Source: Psammoneis japonica
Taxonomy: Eukaryota
Direction of reading: 5' to 3'
Assembly (NCBI GenBank): GCA_008632985.1
Contig: QPGO01000027.1
Location: 62,001-126,000 of the forward strand
DNA: 64,000 nt
Part shown: positions 12,618 through 24,963 of the stretch, piece by piece
Layout of the letters: every line of letters begins with the position of its first letter
Numbering within the stretch: the first letter of the stretch is position 1
Notes under the pieces: model-generated
What the model saw: the letters and a program-made list of their open reading frames with translations, nothing else
Told to the model about the DNA's origin: nothing
Database searches by the model: none
Program-made: the position numbers and the translations under genes

Positions 12618-12840
12618 CGACCATGAAAAAAAAGCGCAAAGCGCAGCACAGAAAAAAGAAAAATGAGGGGCGCCCGCCGCATCGCAACGAGCCGCGCGCG
12701 CGAACTGTCAGTCGCGGGGTGAGTCGTGCATGCATGCGTTGAGTGAGGAGTCGTGCGAGGTGCGAGGTTTCAAGAGACTGAAGACCATCATCACCGAGCA
12801 AGCGTTCGAAAGACGATCGATTCATTATTACTCCTGGAAC

Positions 12841-13788
12841 ATGGATCCAGCGAACCATCCGTAATATCACTATCCGACAAAGCTGCCAAATAGATCGTGC
12901 CCAGGGGCTGCTGCTGGGACTTGGCGCGGGAGACAAAAACGGAGGTCCCATTCGAATGGCAGTACGTTTGTGCGAAGCTTGTCTACTAGATGCTGGTATG
13001 AGCTACAGTAGGCCGGCGATTCTACAAAAGTACATCAACTGGGTTCGAGGTCCGCCACATGATAACGAACAATGCTTTGATACGGGAGCCTCCTTTTATG
13101 ATGTGTTCCGTACTCTTCTCAATAGAAACATTGTTAAAGGCGAACAGGCCGACGCCGTGGTCGAAGAAATCTCAAAGGAGCTCTACTTCAAAACAAATGG
13201 CATTGGAATCAATGGTGCGCACCGGAATGCTGTGCTGGCCGCGCTCAAGTTCATACCAGACGACAAACTCGACGAGTGCGTCGCCAACGAAACCCGGTCG
13301 ACGCATTGGCACCCATTGTCCGTGGAGGCGGCTCGCGTGACAACCAAGTTTGTCGGAGGCTCATTTGCGGAGAAAAGTGGGACGTTATACTAAACAGCAC
13401 CGAATCGAGTGAGGAAGAAATTAATAGTGCCATTCAGCGTGTGCTCAACGACAGAGCTCGATTGGATTCTGGCGGATACGCACCGAATGTCCTGGAAACA
13501 GCGTTCCATTTTGTACATACCACGACCACTTTTGAGGATGCTCTTGCGAGTAGCATCATGTATGCTGGGCCGGAAAACTACTGCCCCGTCCTTGTAGGAT
13601 CAATAGCGGGAGTCAGGTATGGCCGCAGAGCAATTGAAGCGACAGACAACCAGTACGGCTGGCACTCACATATTGGAGAGATACACGTGACGAATGGAGA
13701 ATTGCGCCCAGGCTCTATGGAAGAGCTGAAAGGAAATCGCTCCCACGATGGAAAAGTTCACCTTTTCCTACTTATTTCCTTCGCGTAA
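12841..13788 (+). CDS. ADP-ribosylglycohydrolase family protein (frameshifted in this assembly)
   Basis: DRAQGLLLGLGAGDKNGGP, FDTG, NGAHRN, THWHP and AGPENYCPVLVGSIAGVRYG, spread over 3 frames. At least one shift falls at a homopolymer. Confidence 0.75.
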
Positions 13789-14258
13789 TAGATGATGGCG
13801 TTAGCACAAATACGGAAAAGCGAGAAGGGGCGGACAGTTCTGCGCACGGAAACATGAAATTCTCGCTATTGAAGGAAGAGACTCATTCTCTAGAGTTATC
13901 TACAATACTTTGCCTCTGGAGAATGTATCGCTCGCCCCCAATCAGTGCTAATCAACCCCATTGAACGTTTTTCTTTCTTTTGTTCATCCCATGAATATTA
14001 CGTCTCTCCAACCCCATTTGAAAGATTCCGGTAAGTCCCTTTTTATTCACCCCCTTCATCCGTTCCATCCAACTCCCGATTGAATGAGTCGTCGATCCTT
14101 TCGTTTCTGTTTTTTTTGTTTTCACTGTATTTCTGGTCTGATTTATCCCTCCTTGGATGCTTCATACTCAGCCCCGGTATCTCCATCCATCGCCCATGGA
14201 TGCAATCGTTTTCTCTTGTCCCTTGTTGGACAATCCCTTTGACTGAAATGATTCGGAT

Positions 14259-15525
14259 TCATTCAGTTCTATTCATCACCATGGATGATTCCGTTTCTCT
14301 TTTCTTCTTTTCTTTGAGTTCTCTCCAGAACTCCAAGTTAGACTTGCGAGTAGCTGGGTTCCATATCTCTTCGTAAAAGTACGCACGCGCCATGATAGAA
14401 ATGGCCAAATCAAGATTGCCCCGCGCTTCTTCACACTTTGCGTACATCTTCAAAAGTCCGGCTTGCCAACGCCTTCGTTCAATTGCTTTTCGATAGCACT
14501 TTACGGCTTCTTCATAATCACCCATTTCGACGTTGTACTCGGCATGGCCTTCAAAATGTCAAAATCCAACTGACGACGTTCCGACCTAACTTCTGTCAAG
14601 TATCAGCCACCGTAAGTAGTTTCCACGCATCTTGGTAATCACCATTTCCCAAGTAGGCTGTAGAGAGCTTGACAGACCAATTGATGCCCCAAACAGTGTC
14701 GAGGGCTTTGAGAGCCGGTACACTGATGTCAGTAATGTCAAAGTCGGCCGGGAACTCTGTTTGATAGTGCTTCCTGAGTTTGTCTTCGGAAGGATTCGGG
14801 TCGTTTCTCATCGTCAAAGATGCCCGATACGCATTGAACGCTTTATGAAACGATTCAATAGCGTCTGAAAATAACTTTATTTCAGTTAGTACCTCGCCCC
14901 GACTATGCATAACACCAAAACTTCCCGGCTCGAGCTGAAGAACGGACGTCAGGCTGGACAGGACAACCTCAAGAATATCTTCTTTCTTCCGAAGTAGATG
15001 CTCGTTTTGCTAGCGCCTTTAATGCGTTCGCCCTATCCATGGTGACCCCTCCAATATGCGAATATCATCCCGACAGAGAGGGCATTTTCCGATTCTATAG
15101 TCCTTGGCATCACTTCGATCCGCAGACGGTTTTGCTAAGCCCATAAAAGCATCCTTTGTCTGGACCTCCTTGATGCACTTGAAACAGAATCTGTGACCGC
15201 ATTGCAAGCGAAACACACTTGCAGAATCCTCTTCGAAGCAAATGGCACAGCAAAATGACTCCTCCGAGTCGTCACCGCGACGACTTTGATGATCTCTCAT
15301 GATCCTTTGCGCTTCCAACAAGTGCGCGCTTTCTTCAGTTTTGCGCTTTTCAACAAAGGCTCGCATCGCTTCACAGTATTCTTTGTGAACCCGCCATGAC
15401 TTGCGCTGACAATCGACATTGCAAAAGTAGGTAAATTTGCATGCACAACACTTTGGTGGTCCCTTCTTGCCGCAAGTGTGACAGTTTATGCTCTCTCGTG
15501 ACGGCTTGTCATCGTTCGTGGTCAT
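14259..15525 (-). CDS. MYND zinc finger + RING finger + TPR-like protein (frameshifted)
   Basis: CHTCG..CCACKFTYFCNVDCQRKSWRVHKEYC (MYND), CAICFEE..CGHRFCFKC..CPLCR (RING). Downstream TPR-like helices (GDYEEAVKCYRKAIE) lie in other frames. Confidence 0.7.
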
Positions 15526-16117
15526 GTTTTGTGATGATGCGAGTCTCTCTTGAAACAAGGTGACCTGAGATTTCTCAAAATGTGTTTTCTAAGCAAGGGG
15601 TCAGCCAAGAAGAAGGGTGTCAGAGTTGTTGAAAATAAAGATTGCTTTTCACTCCTTGTTCAACGCAGCAACCTGCCTCATTGCTCATTGTTGTTCACTG
15701 TTCGTTGCTTAACGCTTTACAGTACAAGTATTCCGCTCGCAACAAAGATGTCGGAAGTCGGACGGACGCTTCACCGCCAATCGCCCGCGCGCTCGCGTCG
15801 TCGCGAGGCCGCCGCCAGCGTGGCCCCTTGCGCGATTCAGATTCTTCAAGGGTGCGCGCGTGGCCCTCCAGCCACGCACGACAGAATCAACGCGACGTGA
15901 CGACGACATCATCGGAAAGGCTAACGTCACGAAAGAGAAACACATTAAATGAAATATAATCAGCTCTTTTATATCAATAACGCGTCATCACTGGTGACGT
16001 TGATTGCGATTGATCACGATACGAAAAGTGGTCACAGAAAGTTCGTTCCAGCTGTTTTTTCCTCTCACAATTCACTCTCATTGATCGTTAATAAAATCAA
16101 CCGAAGACACCATCAAC

Positions 16118-16681
16118 ATGAACGCTCTTGCTCGTACTGCCTTCTCTGCCGTCCCACGGTAAGTTCGTTTGAAAGCCAGAACTTGGTGGATGGAAGGAAG
16201 AAAGACTCAAAGAAGATGGAATGCTCGACGCTTGGGTTCACGAGTTGACGCAAAAGAAGGCTTCAACGTCGTCGTGTTGACACGTGCGTTGCATCCCAAA
16301 AGAACAAAACATCAACTTGGTGTCTTTCTTCCATCTGTTCGTCCAGTCTTGCTTCATGCACTTCACCATCCATACCTTTTATCAAACATGAAACACACTG
16401 CTCACTCGTCTCTTTTCTCTCACTTGTTTCTATTAGTGCCGCTACTAGAACGACTGGTCGCCGTGGATTCAACGCTGGAACACTTGTCACGGAAAAGGAA
16501 ATCCCCATGGGAGGTGCCAAGGTTTGGCTTTCGGACGTGGGTGCCTACCCTGTCATTGCAATCTTGGGCGTGGCTGTCACGGGCTGCTCGGCCTACATTG
16601 CCCACCACTTTTTTTACTTGCCCCGACGTTCGTGCCGACCGTACCAAGCGTCAGTCTATTATCCGCACCTGGGATAGATAA
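16118..16681 (+). CDS. NDUFA4: NDUFA4/B12D-family mitochondrial respiratory-chain subunit, copy 1
   Basis: Exon 1 MNALARTAFSAVPR, intron from 16159 (gtaagt) to ~16436, exon 2 ..VWLSDVGAYPVIAILGVAVTGC..CPDVRADRTKRQSIIRTWDR*. One extra T in the 7-T run near 16609-16615. Confidence 0.75.
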
Positions 16682-17253
16682 AACAAATGGGTGTCGTGTA
16701 TTTATTATACACATGGCGACAATTTGTACCCTTTGCTTTGAATAGAGCGGCAGCGTAGACCATTGCGTTGCTGTAAATTAGAAATGAACAGAATTACGTG
16801 CGATATTATTTGTGGGATTTCAAATTTGCCATCCAGTAGTACCGTACATTGCGTTTTCATGGATTGTCTTGTTTTGCCACCAAACCTCGGTCGCAAGATC
16901 CTTCCGGGAACTGGTTAGCATCTCGAGCGCCGGAATGCGTTTAGCAAGCACTGCGCTTGGCTGCCGCGCTCACCACCTAAACACATTATTTCCCCAGGTC
17001 ATTTACGATATGGTGAGGTGTTTCTTTGTTGTTTTCAATCATAAAAAGGAGGAATGAGAGACTGACGCTACAGTATCTCTTTGGTACTGCATGGATTTTC
17101 TCTCCGTAAATCCGGGAATCGCTCCGCCCCCCTGCCACCTCCACAACGGCTTGCCGCGTTCATCACCATCTACAGCAGAATAGGAAATACAAAACCCATA
17201 ACGACTACTACGTTAATTCTCTCTAACAAAATACTACATCATGTACATAGTTC

Positions 17254-18530
17254 TTACTCATCATGAAGCTTGAATCCCTTCTTCTTCAATCTCGCATACC
17301 TCTTTTGATCTCCCACACTCCACGTTTTAACTTCTTGTGCTTCTCTCCATTCCTGCAAATTCTCACTCTTCCACAAATCCAGCGTCACCATTTCCTTCTT
17401 GTCTTCCTCCGACACGGCTGCCCACGTGACTTCTCCCACAGCCCGTCGTGTCAGCACTTCGCGTTCCTCCTCATTGAGTTCCAACTTGCGTAATCTCCTC
17501 AAGAGATATTTGGTATTCCATGCAATGCCCTTGCAAACCACCACGGGCAACTTTACCATTTTCACCACCAACAAGTCACACCACGTGGGTTTATGATAGC
17601 CACCACCAAAATCATCGTGTGCGTCCTTGACGAGTTGTGCCACAATGGGACGAAGTGAATCTTCCAATTGTTTCTTCTTTTCCTTGGATGACGACAGTCG
17701 TTTGGCCTTTTTGGCAGCCTTTTTCGTAGGAGATGATCCATTTGTTTCATTATTCGTAGAAGTAGCTTGTTGTTGTTCTTCCAAAATAGCCATGGCTTCT
17801 TGTCTCAATTGCTTGCTCTCTTCGGTACCACCATCACGTAATCCCCAATCCTCCACGGCTGCTTGGGTCAATCGATCCGCCACGGTTTGCCATTTGTGTT
17901 GTTGGGCAAACCACGTAAAGGCCGATCCCAACATCAACAATACCACTAAAATGAAGGTGACATCGCTTTGCGGTGCATACGACCACAAGACGGACGAACC
18001 GTACTTGTCAAAATACAATTCTTGATTGTAACGCATGGCATCGTATTCTTGACGCGTGTCGGGATCCGTCAGAACTTCGTATGCTCGACTAATTTTCTGA
18101 AAAAGAAAACAAAAAAAGAAAGTGGCAAGTGGCAAGTGAGTATAGAATATATGCAAAAACCATGCAGTATTCCTCAGTTCTTTTCTTTACTCACAACAAA
18201 TCGATTCTTGGCATCCTTTTGTTTGTTTTTATCGGGATGCCACAATCTTGATAAAGCACGGTATCGTTTGGTAATGGAAGTACGGGAGGGTGGATCCTTG
18301 TCGTATTCTTCATAATCAAAACCTAAAATTTTATAGCAGTCATAATTGCCACAAAAGACATTTTGTGGATCGTAATAGGTACCCCATTCCGTATGATGCT
18401 TGGCGTCAAACGATGAATCATTGTCTAGAGAAGAATTGTCATTATTGTCTTGTGGTTGTGCTAGCGTTGTTACGAACGATAACAATAACAGTAATAAATG
18501 ATTGGACAACCACATCCTTCTTTCATTCAC
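17254..18530 (-). CDS. Membrane DnaJ-domain protein (DNAJC25-like), 2 exons
   Basis: Signal peptide, FCGNYDCYKILG..WHPDKN, intron 18097-18194, then KISRAYEVLTD and a transmembrane segment. Confidence 0.85.
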
Positions 18531-18917
18531 AGCAATAACACACGTTTTTGTTGCGTTCGCGGCGTTGGAGGGAGTTTTTTCGTTTTTGAGTGTCGGATGA
18601 TTTGTGGCGGGAAAACCGATTGCGTAGAAACCACGTGGACATTCCTAATAATGTACGTCATCCTATTGAAGTCTGGCTGTCGTACGTATCCAGTCCAACA
18701 CCGTCCGTCCGTCACCAGTTGGAATTTGGTTGGAACGAAAAATTGAAAAAACAATGCGTTGCGCGATAACAAAAAACGCGAACGTGTTGTTGTTGTTGTT
18801 GTTGCCATTCTCTCTCTTGAACAGCAATAGTCAAGATTTCGTCTGTTTTTGTTGTTGCAATTCTTATCATAAACAGAAACAATCAAGATTTCGTCTCCAA
18901 CTAACAACTTTGTTCGA

Positions 18918-21080
18918 ATGGAGTCTCCTACTCATGGCAGTAGTGTTCCTCCGTCGGATCCTCCTCCTGCTGTACCGGAAGTGGCTTCGGATCCGCCTGC
19001 TGCTCCCGAACACACAACAACGGATCCGAGTCAAATGGCATGACCGACATTGCCATGGAAGCAGAACGTCCTGCACCTGCACGAGCTCCCATTTCTCGTC
19101 AATTGTCGGTAGCCTTTGTTCCCAAGGTCAAATCGGGAATCTTTGGAACATGTTGTAATTTGTTGAATTCCATTGTCGGTGCAGGCATTATTGGCATTCC
19201 CTTTGCCTTGTCGCAAGCCGGTCTTGTCGCGGGTTTGCTCTTGTTGGCACTTGTGGGATACCTCACGGACAAGTCGCTGCGCATTATCGTCGAATTGGCA
19301 TCCTTTCATCCCAAATTAAAAGGACATGCCGTGTCATCGTTTGAAGACTTGGCGTCACTTTGTTTTGGACGAACGGGAAGTATCTTTATTCTCACGTACG
19401 TTTTGCATTTCGTCAAGTCTCTAGAGAAGAGCCATGTGTAATTGGTTACTTGCGCGCCCAAAATTGAATATTGTGGATGAAATGCGATTTGATTTTCTTC
19501 TTACGCACGTTTCTCTTTCTCTTTTCTAAGAAACATGTTCGTATTGGCCTATGGAGCCATGGTGGCGTATCTATTAATCATTAAAGATACAGTCCCAACC
19601 TTGTTTGGTATTGATACACAAACATGGGAACGAGAAGTCATTATGCTTTGTACAAGTCTTGCCATTGTTGTGCCACTTTCGGTACAACGCGACATGGCAT
19701 CGCTGGCCTTTACTTCGTTGCTAAGTGTCACGGCCGATGTCGTCTTGGTGGGATTTGTCGCTGGCTATGCACCCATTTACGAAAATGTCAGTGATGCGGG
19801 TGGATTTGGGGAAGTATTGAAGAATAATTGGATCCATTCTACCATCTTCATTGGATTGGGTATTTTGAGTACCGCCATGGCGTGTCAGCATTCGGCCTTT
19901 ATTGTGAGTGGATCGCTTCACAACAAGACACGTGCCCGATGGGCCACAGTGACGGGATGGTCCATTGCCGTGGCGACACTGCTCTGTGCCATCATGGGTG
20001 TTTGTGGCTTTTTGGGATTTTTGAATGAAACGCAGGGCGATGTTTTGAACAATTTCGAATCCGACAGCACCATTGCCAATGCGGCGAGAGCGTTATTGGC
20101 AATTACAATGGTAAAGTTATTATTATTGATGTGGTTGTTGTTGCTTTTTGATGGGTTGACATGTGAACTAACTCGAGCTGACGCTGTTTGTCTCTGTATT
20201 ATTTTGCAGTTCTTTACGTACCCAATGGAATCCTTTGTAGCTCGTCATGTACTGATCAAACTCTTGCACAATGGTGACATGGTAAGGTTTGGTACAATGT
20301 GTGTTTGAGTTTTGGTACCCTGCTTATTTAATTTATTGACCGACAAGCATTTCTTTTTTGTATTTTATACAGGACGGTGAGGCGGACCAAGCCGCGGACG
20401 ACGAAAATGCGGAATCAGTAGTCAATAGCAGCCGCAAGTGCGAATGCTGGAATCGCCGTATCCAATGGACCTTGATTATCTACGTCATGGCACTCATTCC
20501 GGCCTTGATTGTCGATGATTTGGGACCCGTCTTGTCGATTACGGGTGCCTTGGGTGGTAGTTGCATTGCCTACATTGCACCCGGTTTGGTCTATTTGGGA
20601 ATCAATGGAGAAGAATTTTTGGGATATGCGGCTGGACTCTTGGAAAATTATCGACACAAACACAGCAACAAGAGCGATGCGGATGTTGTTGTTAATGGTG
20701 AAGTGGAACTTCCCGTGGCGGGTGATGCGACTCGGGTCATGCCGGAACAGCAGCAAACAACAACCGCGACACTTTCATTGGATGAAATCAAGTCTGCCAA
20801 AAAGCCATGGTGGTGGTATATCGTTGGTTTTCCTATTTGGATGCGTGTCGCGTCCATGGGTGCCACGACACTCAAGGAGAAATTGGCACATTTGGATGAA
20901 GTGGAAATCAATGGCGACGACGACGAAGAAGAAGAACCCGTGTCGGATGTCGTTCCCGCTCGGGTACGAGACTATTATATTTCCATGTTTTTTGTCGTCT
21001 TTGGTGTGATTGCAGCCGTGGCGGGTTTGGCGTCCAACATTTACGTCCAAATCAACAATATCTTCTACACGCCAACGTAG
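18918..21080 (+). CDS. Amino acid transporter (Aa_trans family, SLC38A11-like), 4 exons
   Basis: NLLNSIVGAGIIGIPFAL, AMACQHS and FFTYPMESFVARH. Introns at ~19396-19530, 20111-20209 and 20282-20372. A 5' indel lies before 19040. Confidence 0.85.
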
Positions 21081-21232
21081 AGAGACAAAACAAGAGACAA
21101 AGCGCGACACAACCACAAGAAACTACAATTGCGATTTGATGCGACGGCTTTGAATCTCTTCTAGTTTAGAATACAACTACTTCCTCTGACTCCATCTGTC
21201 TACTACTAGCGAGAATCGCCTGAAGAAAGTGG

Positions 21233-22818
21233 TTATGCCCACTCATCCCTCTCCATTGACGCCGTCCTCTCCGTAAATACTATCTTCTTCTTCATCGGAC
21301 TCCTCCAGTGGCTGCATGGCATCCCGTTGATCAGGTTGCGCAGCATCATTGTCACCATTATTACCCTCGTCGTCGTCGTCTTGTTGTTCAAACACCAGGG
21401 GTCGATTCTCTCCTTCAGGTTTCCACATGGGCAAGATGGACAAGACAAAGCTGCCCAACAAGTACACAATGTCTTGGACAAGACGAACCGCAAAATTCGG
21501 ATTTGGGCGATTATTCTCTTCTCCATCGTTGCCATTGTTTTGGTTAGGATCCGGAATGACGCCAGCGAAAAAGGTATCCCTCCAACCGCCACCATGGACG
21601 TTGCGGTTGCCTCCCTCTTGCTGTTGCTGCTGCTGCGCTGCTCGCGCTTCTTCCTCGCGGGCTACGCGTAAAAGCACCCCCAGATAATCTTCAACATCGT
21701 TAATCTCTTCTCCATTCCAAATACGGCTAGCCATGTTACACTTGATGAAGAATTGACGGCAAAATCGGTGAAACCTGCAGTGGTGAAAATAGAGAACCAC
21801 GACAAGAATACTTCCAATCAAATTCTTGTGTCCGCCCCAAGGCAAATGCGTCCCAATGCTGTTGGCGAATACCATAAACATGAATATAAACTTGAAAGCA
21901 TGGCACCTTCCCATTGAACTCGAAGGTGCGCAACGTGACAAAAGAGCCAAATGAGATGAATGATTCTCCTCAGCGGAGACTTGACTTGCGGACGACGGGC
22001 AGCTTCTGGCATGGGTTGAAGCTCGTCTTCTCGGACGCGCATCACAACGCCGCCACCGCCACCACCATGCTGTTGATCTGGGATGACTGGTCGGAGATCC
22101 TCTTCTCGGACACCCCTAATCACAGCGCCAGCACGAGGTTGTTGATCTTCAATGACTGGCCGGAGATCCTCTGCTCGGACACCCCTAATCACAGTACCAG
22201 CACGAGGCTGCGAATCCACAGGAACGCCTCGATTGATTGCGTTGTTGTTTGTAGCAGCACGTTGTTGCTTTTGCAAGTGAAACACTTGCTCTTGCAGAAA
22301 CTCCATTTGATACTTCAAGTCTTTAGGAGTAACGTTTGTTGTTTGAGCTGATTCAAAATCGTTTTATTGGTAAACAACTCCTTCTCCTCCTCTCCAGCAA
22401 TAGAAGCATCCGAACCCTCTGCAACACCATTATTTGTTCGAGTCAAATCAGACGGTTGATGACGCAACAAGCGGCGATTGTTTGTCGCAATCTCGGGTAA
22501 CGGTGGAGGCGTATTGCTGTTGCTACGAGTGGCGGCTTGCGCCGGCGGCGGAGCGTCGTCCTTGACAACAACAACACTACTACGATTCACGAATGTATCC
22601 TCCTTGACTTCCTCAGGCTGTTTTTCATCCTGATTCGTATTACACAGTTCACGTAGCGCTTGTAGAGACGAGGCATCAATCGTGGACGAAGCGATTCCCG
22701 ACTGTTGGAGAACTTCTTCCAACGACTGCTCTTTTTTCTTTTCTTCTTCTTCTCCACTGTTTTCAAAACGACGGAGAAAACCCTCACGATCTGGTTTCAT
22801 ACTTGCAGCAGATGACAT
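21233..22818 (-). CDS. Hypothetical membrane protein with a HERP-like C-terminal region (frameshifted)
   Basis: Coding-like ORF pieces in successive frames, starting MSSAASMKPD. Coiled coil, a duplicated PRAG.VIRGVR.EDLRPVI.DQQ, transmembrane segments, and DIVYLLGSFVLSILPMWKP. Confidence 0.55.
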
Positions 22819-23116
22819 GGTTCGTTGTTGTTGTTGTAATGATTGATAAGGACTATATGTGTCAACAACAAGTTCAAAGTGGTAATGACTTCGAGGTTCG
22901 TTTGTTGTGATGATGATTTGCAGTCTGTTTTGTCTGCGTTGAGTGTGAAAAGCGCAGACGCACGCCTGATCGTTTCGTTCGGGCTCAGAAAACAACGGAA
23001 AACGACACGTGTACACACATATCGATCAAGAGATAGACAGACAGACAGACAGACCAAGCACACCGGTAGTACCGCGTGCCCGGTAGCAGGTAGGCGCAGG
23101 GTACCGTACCCGTAGG

Positions 23117-23496
23117 TCTCTAGTTGGTTATCCGTACAAATGCCATAATGCCATATATGGCATTTCTTTCTACGGCGAAACTGGTACTGATTCTACGTAA
23201 TGCCATATAAAATGCCATATTTTGCGCGCGAAAAAAGCGTGCCGGCGATTGATTCGTGGCCCCCGACTGCGACAAACTCATTTCTTATGTATACAGAAGC
23301 CTTCGAATGCCACTTCCATCGATTTTCCCTTATGTATTTCATACGCCCCTATGCCCAGCGGTGTTTAAAGCTTTGCTATCAACGGAAAAACAATTAGGGA
23401 CCATAGGAAAAATAGTGGTGGCGTTTGGGATCAAAATGCCATATTCATGCCATATTTAGGGCAAATATGGCATTTGTACGGATAACCAACTAGAGA
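23117..23496. mobile_element. MITE-like non-autonomous DNA element (~380 bp)
   Basis: Perfect 31-bp inverted repeat tctctagttggttatccgtacaaatgccata (23117-23147 and 23466-23496). Several internal TGCCATA motifs near both ends. No coding capacity. Confidence 0.85.
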
Positions 23497-23943
23497 GGGC
23501 AGGGCGCAGGAGCGAGCGAGCAACAACGCAAGGAACCAAAGCTGATGAATAAACTAAAACAAAAATCAACCTCTCATGGATACGGTACAGTAGCATCCAG
23601 CCCTATCGTATACCTAGTATCAAAGGTGTGCCAGCAAGGGACAGCGTCGCGGTGAAAACTCTCTGGGTTTTGCTGGGGAGGCTACTTTCGTTAAAAGTAC
23701 AACAACACATGAAAGACATGGGGGGAACAAAGGCCAACGCAAGCATGGCAAGAAAGGTGATGCATGAGATGCTACATATTTCCAATATGCATCGTTGAAA
23801 TGAGTCTGTTTTTTAAATTGTTGTCTCTTGTTTCTAATTTACACGATAGTCACGGTCAAAGCTACTGCGCGCTCTATCCAAAATCGCTCTCTTGTTCAAG
23901 AGAGCGGTCCAAAGCATATGTATATACACAATGCCTCAATTGT

Positions 23944-24519
23944 TTATCTATTCCATGTGCGGATAATAGACTGACGCTTGGTACGGTCAGCCCGAACATC
24001 GGGGCAAGTGAAAAAGTGGTGGGTAATGTAGGCAGAGCAACCCGTAACAGCCACACCCAAGATTGCAATAACGGGGTAGGCACCCACGTCGGAAAGCCAC
24101 ACCTTGGTGCCGCCCATGGGGATTTCCTTTTCCGTAACAAGGGTTCCAGCGTTGAATCCACGGCGACCAGTCGTTCTAGTAGCGGCACTATTATAAACAA
24201 GAGAGAGGTGACAGAGCAGAGTGAGCGGCATGATTCATGATTGATGGAAGGTTTTCATGGTTGATGGAGCGAGATCTGATTTACAGTTGGAAAAAAGATA
24301 CCATATCACAATTAGGATTTGTTCTTTTTTCCGGCTTCAATACATGTATCAACGTCGCACGACAGCGTTTGTTTGTTTCACTTTTAGCGCAAACCCGTCC
24401 ACAGTACGCAGCCGAGCAGTTCACCCTCAAGTCTTTCTTCATTCAATCCACCAAGTTCTGGCTTTCAAATGAACTTACCGTGGGACGGCAGAGAAGGCAG
24501 TACGGGCAAGAGCGTTCAT
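23944..24519 (-). CDS. NDUFA4: NDUFA4/B12D-family subunit, copy 2 (inverted duplicate)
   Basis: Same two-exon structure as copy 1 and a near-identical peptide (..KVWLSDVGAYPVIAILGVAVTGCSAYITHHFFTCPDVRADRTKRQSIIRTWNR*). Confidence 0.8.
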
Positions 24520-24963
24520 GTTGATGGTGTCTTTTGATTTTTGTGATGTTACAACAGTCGAAGTGAATTGTGAGACAACCTGCACAAGGAAACAACTGGC
24601 AAAGAATTTTGTGAGAGTTTTGCAATCAACGTCACTAGCGATGACGCGTTATTCAACTATACAGATCCTTTTAAATTTCCATGAAAGCGTTGATTAGGGT
24701 GATGACGTTGTCATTTCCGTTGAAGTCTTCATCCAATTAACGCGGCACATTTCTACGACGATCCGTACGTGGAGCTTACGTATGTGCAGCCGCGTGATTC
24801 TTTTTTGCTGACGTGGTTCGGTTCATCGCGCCTACTACAGACAGACCAAAATATTTGGATTCGACCGGCCGAACGAGCGACTGCCAGACACCGAGGAGGA
24901 ACAAACATGCATCAAGCAAAAATTCAACGCTGTGATCGCATCTCTTGCAACTGTCAACTTACG

